Origin: Chitinophagales bacterium
Lineage (GTDB): Bacteria > Bacteroidota > Bacteroidia > Chitinophagales > BACL12
Length of the DNA: 64,000 nucleotides
Reading direction: 5' to 3'
Assembly (NCBI GenBank): GCA_046160675.1
Contig: JBJXHH010000117.1
Span: forward strand, 11 to 64,010
Below are positions 46,320-53,631 of the stretch, piece by piece (the first letter of the stretch is position 1; each line of letters begins with the position of its first letter). Made by a program: the position numbers and the translations under genes. Below the pieces are notes generated by a model that saw only the letters and a program-made list of their open reading frames with translations, was not told where the DNA came from and ran no database searches.

Positions 46320-47045
46320 TCACCCAATCCCTTTCATTAATTCTTTCGGGTTGAGTTTTTTATCATTGAATTCATCTCTCTCAATGATACCATCTCTTAT
46401 GCGGATAATACGCTGGGCATATCTTGCAATGTCTTCTTCATGCGTAACTATGATCACAGTATTTCCTTTTTCATGAATTTCCTCAAACAGTTCCATGATC
46501 TCATAACTTGTTTTCGTATCGAGATTTCCTGTTGGTTCATCAGCAAGGATAATGGAGGGGTCATTCACCAAAGCCCTTGCTACTGCTACCCTCTGGCGTT
46601 CACCGCCACTCAGTTCATTTGGTTTATGATCCATGCGGTGGCCTAACCCCACAGCAGTAAGTTTTTCTTTTGCTGTAGTTCTCCGGCTGATTTTTTTCTT
46701 CCCCGCATACAGAAGTGGCAAAGCTACATTCTCAACTGCATCCAACCTTGCAAGCAAATTAAATGTTTGAAAAATGAACCCGATCTCTTTGTTCCGCACT
46801 TCTGCCAGTTCATTATCCTTCATTGTACTCACCAGGGTGCCGTTTAAAATATATTCTCCTGAAGTAGGTTTATCTAAACAACCAATAATATTCATCAAAG
46901 TACTTTTTCCGGAACCGGAGGGTCCCATGATGGCAACGTACTCATTTTTATGAATTACAAGATCAACTCCCTTTAATACATCAATCTTCACTTTACCAAG
47001 ATCATAGGTTTTGCGGATGTTTTGAAGTGAAATTATTTCGGTCAT
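46320..47045 (-). CDS. ABC transporter ATP-binding protein (MacB/LolD-like)
   Basis: Walker A is GPSGSGKST, the signature motif is [15 protein letters not shown], Walker B is [11 protein letters not shown], and the H-loop is VTHE. Confidence 0.92.
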   Translation of the reverse strand: MTEIISLQNIRKTYDLGKVKIDVLKGVDLVIHKNEYVAIMGPSGSGKSTLMNIIGCLDKPTSGEYILNGTLVSTMKDNELAEVRNKEIGFIFQTFNLLARLDAVENVALPLLYAGKKKISRRTTAKEKLTAVGLGHRMDHKPNELSGGERQRVAVARALVNDPSIILADEPTGNLDTKTSYEIMELFEEIHEKGNTVIIVTHEEDIARYAQRIIRIRDGIIERDEFNDKKLNPKELMKGIG

Positions 47046-47139
47046 GAGTTGAAGAATGCGTTTGTTTGTAAGTTTATGATTCGCTTTTGTGAAGAGGAAA
47101 TATTAAAGTATCCATGAATTTTTTCCGATAACGTACTGC

Positions 47140-47433
47140 TCACTGCCTGCTTTTTGCTTTCGGAACTTTAAAATAGTCGCTATCTGCAAGAGGTGCATTT
47201 GACAGGGCTTCTGCTTTTGTTATTTCCATCTTCACTTCATCTTCCCTCAAAACATGTATCTCGTCATTCATATAAATAAGCGGCTCCACTCCTTCCACCG
47301 GAATTTCTTTAAGTTTATCAACAAAGTCTACCATTTTATTCAAGTCAGAAATTATTTCTTTTTCTTCTTCCTCGTTAAAATCCAACTTTGCAAGGTCAGC
47401 TAACTTGTCAACTAATGTTTTGTCAACCTTCAT
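47140..47433 (-). CDS. gatC: Asp-tRNA(Asn)/Glu-tRNA(Gln) amidotransferase subunit C
   Basis: 97 aa. VDKLADLAKLDFNEEEEKEIISDLNKMVDFVDKL.EI.VEGVEPL....D....LREDEV fits GatC. Confidence 0.88.
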   Translation of the reverse strand: MKVDKTLVDKLADLAKLDFNEEEEKEIISDLNKMVDFVDKLKEIPVEGVEPLIYMNDEIHVLREDEVKMEITKAEALSNAPLADSDYFKVPKAKSRQ

Positions 47434-47437
47434 CGCT

Positions 47438-47445
47438 CAAAATTA
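47438..47445 (-). promoter_or_regulatory. Candidate -7 box TAATTTTG, 4 nt before the gatC ATG (leaderless-type spacing)
   Basis: The minus strand reads TAATTTTG-AGCG-ATG. Confidence 0.4.
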
Positions 47446-47492
47446 CAATTTAAAAATCAGCCTGCTAAATACCTACGCCACCCCCATTTGTA

Positions 47493-47500
47493 TATCTTTG
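47493..47500 (+). promoter_or_regulatory. Candidate -7 box TATCTTTG, 5 nt before the trpS ATG (leaderless-type spacing)
   Basis: The sequence reads TATCTTTG-CCGTC-ATG. The box lies inside the TTG-extended ORF, which supports ATG 47506. Confidence 0.4.
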
Positions 47501-47505
47501 CCGTC

Positions 47506-48507
47506 ATGGAAGTAGTTGTAAGCGGAACCCGCCCCACGGGTGTTTTGCATTTGGGAAATTACTATGGTGCCGTGCGCAATTATGTGCGTATGAGTGCTAA
47601 TGCAAATTATAAATGTTACTTTTTCATTGCTGATTATCATTCGCTTACTACACATCATCAACCCGCTGAACTCCCGAAACTTGTAAAACAAACTATTGCT
47701 ACTTACTTAGCCTGTGGACTAGACCCATCAAAAGTCACCCTCTACATTCAAAGTCAAGTACCCCAGATACCTGAATTATACCTGCTTCTCAACATGCTTG
47801 CTTATAAAGGGGAACTTGAAAAAGTGGCGACTTTCAAAGAAAAAATAAAACAACATAAAGAAAACATCAATGCCGGACTGCTTACGTATCCAGTTTTGAT
47901 GGCAGCAGATATAATAATCCACCGGGCGCATAAAGTTCCGGTAGGCAAAGACCAGGAACAACACCTTGAAATGACAAGAAATTTTGCGAAACGTTTTAAT
48001 TCAAGGTACAATGTGGAGTTTTTCCCGGAACCCGTAGCTTATAATTTTGGCGAAGAACTCATTAAAGTTCCGGGGCTGGATGGAAGCCTGAAAATGAGTA
48101 AGTCAGGGAGTGAGAATAACGCAATTTATTTAGATGAAAGCGATGACTCCATTCGCCGCAAGATCATGAAAGCGAAAACTGACAGTGGCCCTACTGAGCC
48201 AAACCAGCCTAAACCGCAGGAGATTGAAAACATTTTTTCACTAATGCGTATAGTTAGTCCAGCAGAAGTAACCCTGTATTTTGAGGGTGCATATAATAAT
48301 TGCAATATCCGCTACGGTGATATGAAAAAACAACTTGCGGAAGATATGATAACCTGCATTTCCCCTATCAGGCAGAAAATAAATGAACTTTTAGTGAATG
48401 ATACCTACCTTCACAAGGTGATTCAGGAAGGCGGAGAGGCCGCAAGAGAAAGTGCCTCCGCTACACTCAATGAAGCAAAACAAATTACAGGATTGAATTA
48501 TTTTTGA
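47506..48507 (+). CDS. trpS: Tryptophan--tRNA ligase
   Basis: The class I HIGH-type motif is GTRPTGVLHLGNYYG and the KMSKS motif is LKMSKSG. The length is typical. Confidence 0.93.
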   Translation: MEVVVSGTRPTGVLHLGNYYGAVRNYVRMSANANYKCYFFIADYHSLTTHHQPAELPKLVKQTIATYLACGLDPSKVTLYIQSQVPQIPELYLLLNMLAYKGELEKVATFKEKIKQHKENINAGLLTYPVLMAADIIIHRAHKVPVGKDQEQHLEMTRNFAKRFNSRYNVEFFPEPVAYNFGEELIKVPGLDGSLKMSKSGSENNAIYLDESDDSIRRKIMKAKTDSGPTEPNQPKPQEIENIFSLMRIVSPAEVTLYFEGAYNNCNIRYGDMKKQLAEDMITCISPIRQKINELLVNDTYLHKVIQEGGEAARESASATLNEAKQITGLNYF

Positions 48508-48510
48508 AAC

Positions 48511-49314
48511 ATGGCGAAGAAAAAAACCACTCCGGCAAAAAAAGCCGTTAAAGCAAAAACCCCTGCAACTAAAAAATCAGCCACTAAGACTGCGGTGAAA
48601 ATGAAACCTATTGGTAAACCGAAACCAGCCGCAAAAGCAAAGACGGTTAATATTTTAAAAGAAAAAACCAAAGAAGCTGTAATACCGAATTTTAAAGTAA
48701 AACATATTGCAGTAGCTGGAAATATAGGTGCGGGGAAAACCACCCTCACAAAATTGCTAGCTAAACATTACAGTTGGGAAGCACATTATGAAGACGTAGA
48801 AAATAATCCCTACCTCTATGATTTTTACCAGGACATGCCCCGATGGGCCTTTAACCTGCAGATTTATTTTTTGAACAGTCGTTTTAAGCAGATCCTTGAG
48901 ATTCAAAAAGGCAGCAAAACTGTGATCCAGGACAGAACCATTTATGAAGATGCGCAAATTTTTGCGCCAAACCTGCATGCGATGGGATTAATGAGTACAA
49001 GAGATTTCCAGAACTACAGTGAAATTTTTAACACAATAACATCACTCATTTCCCCTCCAGATCTTTTAATTTATTTGAGGGGAAGTATACCCGCTTTAGT
49101 AAATCAAATACAAAAAAGGGGGCGGGAATATGAAGATAATTTGCGTTTAGATTACCTGCGTCGGCTCAATGAATACTATGAAGCATGGATAGGTAAATAC
49201 AGACTCGGTAAATTATTAGTGCTCGACGTTGACAACATCAACTTTGCTGAAAACTCAAATGACCTGGGCGAAGTAATCAATAAAGTGAACAGGGAATTGT
49301 TCGGATTGTTTTGA
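48511..49314 (+). CDS. Deoxynucleoside kinase with a ~65-aa Lys/Ala/Pro-rich (histone-H1-like) N-terminal extension
   Basis: The kinase core is HIAVAGNIGAGKTTLTKLLAKHY.WE...E.V.NPYL.DFY.DM.RW.FNLQIYFL.SRF. It is preceded by MAKKKTTPAKKAVKAKTPATKKSATKTAVKMKPIGKPKPAAKAK. After ATG 48601 there is no in-frame ATG, GTG or TTG before the P-loop. Confidence 0.85.
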   Translation: MAKKKTTPAKKAVKAKTPATKKSATKTAVKMKPIGKPKPAAKAKTVNILKEKTKEAVIPNFKVKHIAVAGNIGAGKTTLTKLLAKHYSWEAHYEDVENNPYLYDFYQDMPRWAFNLQIYFLNSRFKQILEIQKGSKTVIQDRTIYEDAQIFAPNLHAMGLMSTRDFQNYSEIFNTITSLISPPDLLIYLRGSIPALVNQIQKRGREYEDNLRLDYLRRLNEYYEAWIGKYRLGKLLVLDVDNINFAENSNDLGEVINKVNRELFGLF

Positions 49315-49323
49315 AATACTTGC

Positions 49324-50502
49324 ATGAACATTCAACAACTCAGACAAGATACCCCCGGTTGTGAGAAAGTAATTCATCTTAATAATGCCGGATGTTCGCT
49401 ACACACCCAGCAAGTTCTTCAAGCAATACAGGATTATTTAGCCCTTGAACAAACTCTTGGCGGTTATGAAGCAGCGGCTGCAAAAGCAAATGATATTGCA
49501 AAATTCTACCATGCTTTAGCAACATTATTAAATTGTAAAGCAGCTAACATTGCATTTGCACACAGCGCAACGGACGCTTATGCAAAAGCACTTTCCTCCA
49601 TTTCATTTTCAAAAGGTGATGCAATACTCACCACTGAAAATGATTATGTTTCTAATCAAATTCAGTTTCTCTCTTTACAAAAAAAATCCGGGGTAAAAAT
49701 CATCAGGGCGGAAAACAGTCATGCGGGTGAAGTTGATATAACCTCTATTGAAGAAAATATCAAAACGCATCATCCTAAATTGGTGGCAGTAACTCATGTT
49801 CCTTCAAATTCAGGTTTAGTTCAGCCTGTTGAAAAAATTGGTGATTTGTGCAACAGGTATGATGTTTTATATTTAGTTGATGCCTGCCAGAGTGCTGGGC
49901 AATTGCAGCTTGACGTTCAAAAAATTCGCTGTGATTTTCTAAGTGCCACTATGCGTAAATTTTTGCGGGGACCCAGAGGGACGGGTTTCCTCTATGTAAG
50001 TGATAAAGTGCTTGGTTTGCAGATGGAGCCTCTGCTGATTGATATGCATGGTGCCGATTGGACGGAAGAAAACAAGTATCAGCCGTTAGCTGATGCCAGG
50101 AGATTTGAATATATTGAATTGAGTTATGCACTTCTTCTGGGCGCCACTTCGGCAATAAACTATGCATTGCAAATAGGATTGGAAACCATTGAAAACAGAA
50201 ATGCAGAATTATGTGATTATGCAAGAAGAAAACTTTCAGCAATATCAAAAATAAAACTACTTGATAAAGGAAGCAGGAAAGTCAGCATTATTACCCTGGA
50301 TGTTGAAGGGAGAAGTGTTTTTGATTTGAGGGACGCTCTGCAACTAAGGAAAATAAATACAGGAGCTGCAGAAAAAAAATTTGCCCTAATAGATTTTACA
50401 CAAAAAAATGTTGTCGGTGCTTTGCGTATTTCTCCGCATTACTATAATACTTTTGAAGAAATTGATGCACTTTGTTCTGCGATAGAAGAGATTGTAAAAT
50501 AA
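49324..50502 (+). CDS. Class V PLP-dependent aminotransferase-fold enzyme (cysteine desulfurase/epimerase-like)
   Basis: 392 aa. IHLNNAGCS...THVPSNSGLVQPVEKIGDLC....VLYLVDACQSAGQL.LDV..I.CDFLSATMRKFLRGPRGTGFLYV fits the fold, with the PLP Lys in RKFL. Confidence 0.8.
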   Translation: MNIQQLRQDTPGCEKVIHLNNAGCSLHTQQVLQAIQDYLALEQTLGGYEAAAAKANDIAKFYHALATLLNCKAANIAFAHSATDAYAKALSSISFSKGDAILTTENDYVSNQIQFLSLQKKSGVKIIRAENSHAGEVDITSIEENIKTHHPKLVAVTHVPSNSGLVQPVEKIGDLCNRYDVLYLVDACQSAGQLQLDVQKIRCDFLSATMRKFLRGPRGTGFLYVSDKVLGLQMEPLLIDMHGADWTEENKYQPLADARRFEYIELSYALLLGATSAINYALQIGLETIENRNAELCDYARRKLSAISKIKLLDKGSRKVSIITLDVEGRSVFDLRDALQLRKINTGAAEKKFALIDFTQKNVVGALRISPHYYNTFEEIDALCSAIEEIVK

Positions 50503-50934
50503 AAGCCCGAACTACTTTTATTGCAGCCCGGGCTGCTTAAACCCAGTTGGTTTTTACAGTAACTCAATCCGGCAACAGGAACTTCGATGGAAAGTATGAA
50601 TTTTTTGTTACACACATCAAGGTCTTTCCAAAGCATGAACCTGTTCGCCACTTAGCCATGCCTGTAGTCCTGCGCCGGATTTTTATCGCATCAAACAATT
50701 TTCTTATACTAAATCTTTGAATCTTCATAAAAATATTTCCTGCATTAAGCCTGTATGCAAGGCATAATCCTAATGAATTCCGGCTTAACAATGTGTGAGT
50801 AAGATGGGTAAGAAAACTCAACTGAAGAAAAAAGTTTTCTGATGTAAAAGTAATTCCTTAACAATGAAATAAGTGTTACATAAGCCCTGTAAAAATGACG
50901 CTTGAAAAGGTTGTGAATACTGTTAGTAATTTTC

Positions 50935-51897
50935 TTAATTCATTGATACTGATGGAGCTTCCTCAAATGCGTCTAACTTATCCAGTTCAAAAACTGTTCG
51001 CCCTGTTTCAGCAAAATAGTAAGGAAGCTGGTACTTTTTATTCCATAGGATCTCATCAAAACTATAAGAACTCCTTGCATGTATCTCTTGACCGAACGTA
51101 TCATTAAACCCCTTTACCATAACGAGTACCTCAGCATTACCGTCTGCAAAATCTTTTTCAGTCATATTCCAGAGTGGACTTTTTTCATCAATGGCATGCA
51201 CACAAGTCCAGTTGAGCGGAATGTAACTCACTTTAGGATTTTCTAATGATAATGGAAGATATCGCCGAATAGAGTTTCCATTTTCGGTTAGCACAATAGA
51301 AAGTAAAGCCCTTGCTTCCAGCTCCATCAAATTATTACTCATTTCATTTGCCAGCCGGAATTGAAAACTCCACCCGTTTTTATATGGGGCTATCAAAGCA
51401 TTTTTTGAAAATCGTACACCATGCACTGGCCTAGAAAATCGCCCGTACATCAAGCCGGTAAAAATTGCAAATCCCATTAAACCAAACAATGCCTCAGTTG
51501 ATGAAATAAAACTCACTGTCCCGTCCAGCGGATACAATGACCCGTAGCCAACTGTTGTAAGTGTTTGTGCGCTGAAAAATAATGCTATCACAAACTTGTG
51601 TTTCATTTCAAAATCAGCAGTAGTTCCAATTCCGTTTGGGTCAATAAAATAATACAGGGACGCAAATAGCAAGTTGATGCTGATATAACAGAACAAAATG
51701 AACAATGCAAACCGCCACCAACTCATAGTCATAAGATTGTGAAAGATGAGTTTCTTCTCCCCTACTCTTTTTACATTAAATGTTCCGTCTTTGTTAATTA
51801 CCCTGCTGTTGCGTTCATCATATTTTGAAGTATATCCAAACTCATCGCTTTTCAATTGATTTTGAAAACGGGCAGAAAAGATGGCAGAAAGTCTCAT
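50935..51897 (-). CDS. Prokaryotic inward-rectifier-type K+ channel (KirBac family)
   Basis: 320 aa. It has two TM helices flanking a pore loop with the selectivity filter TLTTVGYG, then a ~170-aa cytoplasmic beta-rich domain (RFSRP...LIAPYKNG..FQFRLAN). This is the IRK architecture. Confidence 0.85.
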   Translation of the reverse strand: MRLSAIFSARFQNQLKSDEFGYTSKYDERNSRVINKDGTFNVKRVGEKKLIFHNLMTMSWWRFALFILFCYISINLLFASLYYFIDPNGIGTTADFEMKHKFVIALFFSAQTLTTVGYGSLYPLDGTVSFISSTEALFGLMGFAIFTGLMYGRFSRPVHGVRFSKNALIAPYKNGWSFQFRLANEMSNNLMELEARALLSIVLTENGNSIRRYLPLSLENPKVSYIPLNWTCVHAIDEKSPLWNMTEKDFADGNAEVLVMVKGFNDTFGQEIHARSSYSFDEILWNKKYQLPYYFAETGRTVFELDKLDAFEEAPSVSMN

Positions 51898-51971
51898 ACA
51901 ATTTTTTCTGCTAAGTTAGCGAGTGTGAATGGTGAGTAATAAGTAGGAATACATAATATTCAGTTCTTACA

Positions 51972-53204
51972 TCAATCCTCCAGCGCTTTTTCCCATTTGC
52001 TCACCGCAGCAGTTGCAATGGCATTGCCTATTACATTGGTGGCGCTGCGTCCCATGTCAAGAAAAGTATCAATACCAAGCAACAACACAAGTCCCGCCTG
52101 CGGAATATTGAACATAGCAATAGTGCCGGCAATTACTACTAAACTTGCCCGGGGCACTGCAGCAATACCTTTGCTGGTGATCATGAGTGTGAGCAGCATG
52201 GTTATTTCCTGGGAAACTGTGAGGTCAATTCCATAACACTGTGCTATGAAAATACTTGCGAAAGTCATGTACATCATGCTTCCGTCGAGGTTAAAAGAAT
52301 AACCGAGGGGTAACACAAAACTTACAATCTTATTATTACATCCGAACCTTTCTAACTCGGTGATGAGTTTCGGAAAAGCGGCTTCGCTGCTTGCAGTAGA
52401 AAATGCTAATAGGAACGGTTCTTTAATTCTTCTAAGCAAGGTAAAAACCCTTCTTCGCAAAACAACAAAACCTGCGCTTATTAATATGATCCAAAGTAAA
52501 AAGAGCCCGAGATAAAATTCACCCATGAAGATGCCGTAGGTTTTTAAAACTTCCAGACCCTTTGTGGTAATAACCGAACACATTGCTGCAAACACAGCAT
52601 AGGGTGCAAAACCCATCACATAAATAGTGATCTTGATCATTACATGGCTCACAGTGTCAAGTGCTTTTACAATGGGTTGTGTTTTTTCGCCGATGGCAGC
52701 GCATGCGATACCGAAGAACAAACTGAAGACAACAATCTGAAGAATTTCATTCTCCGCCATCGCCTTGAATATACTTGTCGGGAACACATGTGTTATAAAT
52801 TTTTCGAGGCTGATACCTCCACTGTCAATTCCTGTTTGTGCATTTTCTGCAGGAAGCGGCAGGTTGAGTTGTGCGCCGGGTTGAAAAAAGTTAACGAGTA
52901 ACATGCCTAGGGTTAGAGAAATAACTGTAGCTGTGATAAACCAGAGTAAAGTTTTTCCTCCTACCCTGCCAACAGTTTTTGTGTCGCCCATTTTTGCAAT
53001 GCCTACAACAAGAGTTGTTAAAACCAAGGGGGCGATGATCATTTTGATGAGAGAGAGGAACACCGTTGTTACTATATTGATCTTGGAAGCAATACCCGCA
53101 AGCTGTTCAGGAGTTCTTCCGGAATTGTGAATAATACTCCCGACTAATATTCCCAATGCCATTGCAATCAGTATAAACAGAGTTAAGCGGTTTGATTTGC
53201 TCAT
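51972..53204 (-). CDS. Dicarboxylate/amino acid:cation symporter (DAACS family, GltP/DctA-like)
   Basis: 410 aa and polytopic. The family motifs AFSTASSEAAFP, YSFNLDGS and the VPRASLV hairpin region are present. Confidence 0.88.
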   Translation of the reverse strand: MSKSNRLTLFILIAMALGILVGSIIHNSGRTPEQLAGIASKINIVTTVFLSLIKMIIAPLVLTTLVVGIAKMGDTKTVGRVGGKTLLWFITATVISLTLGMLLVNFFQPGAQLNLPLPAENAQTGIDSGGISLEKFITHVFPTSIFKAMAENEILQIVVFSLFFGIACAAIGEKTQPIVKALDTVSHVMIKITIYVMGFAPYAVFAAMCSVITTKGLEVLKTYGIFMGEFYLGLFLLWIILISAGFVVLRRRVFTLLRRIKEPFLLAFSTASSEAAFPKLITELERFGCNNKIVSFVLPLGYSFNLDGSMMYMTFASIFIAQCYGIDLTVSQEITMLLTLMITSKGIAAVPRASLVVIAGTIAMFNIPQAGLVLLLGIDTFLDMGRSATNVIGNAIATAAVSKWEKALED

Positions 53205-53631
53205 CGTTACATTTTTTACCGCCCGAAAATAAGGAAAGAATACTGAAAGCAGGTGTTACCAGAAAGTAGCGTTATACAGTAATAGCCAAGTTACCTGCTT
53301 ATTTCTAAGAATCGCCTCCAAATCTTTTTGAACATATATATTAATTATTTCTTGGGAGGGAGTTTTCAACGTCATCCTCCTTTTCGATATTTTGTTTTCC
53401 AAATTTGTCCGATTTCAACAAAAGAATGTTTTTCTGCAAATACCGAAGTAATGTAAGGCGCAAACCTGTTGCATTTCAACTAAATGATCGAAAGATCTTA
53501 ACCTGACTTGAAGTTTATAAAATTTGAGTAGATGTTTTCTTCAGCATTTGTCAAAACATTGTCATTCACATAAAGACAATGCCCAAGTAAAAATAAAGTT
53601 CGTAACTTGGTTCAAAATAAACAACTCTGGT

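Noticed and set aside
48498-48749. An 83-aa hydrophobic minus-strand ORF (…FFAGVVFFFAMF) opposite the start of the kinase gene, which looks like a small membrane protein.
   Set aside because: It is the mirror image of the AAA/AAG/GCN-rich Lys/Ala tail codons on the plus strand, where antisense TTT/CTT/NGC give Phe/Leu/Ala. This is a composition artefact.
50564-50821. An 85-aa minus-strand ORF, and a 69-aa ORF at 50442..50651, in the long convergent spacer, considered as possible small genes.
   Set aside because: They have no recognisable motifs, no promoter box and unusual composition, and one overlaps the end of the aminotransferase gene. There is insufficient support to call a CDS; the spacer is flagged as a finding instead.
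50935-51897. A eukaryote-like inward-rectifier channel as possible contamination or recent eukaryotic transfer.
   Set aside because: The gene is embedded between ordinary bacterial genes, with the same AT-rich composition and compact spacing. KirBac channels are an established prokaryotic family.
53524-53631. N-terminal extensions offered by the ORF track for 53524, 57879, 44961, 14930, 26986, 17112, 17081, 15496, 29251, 39031, 27691 and 47488.
   Set aside because: In each case an internal ATG gives a canonical signal peptide or the conserved family N-terminus. In several cases (17079, 44144, 44814, 47506) a TAnnTTTG box lies inside the extension. The extensions mostly begin at TTG or GTG and encode non-conserved sequence.
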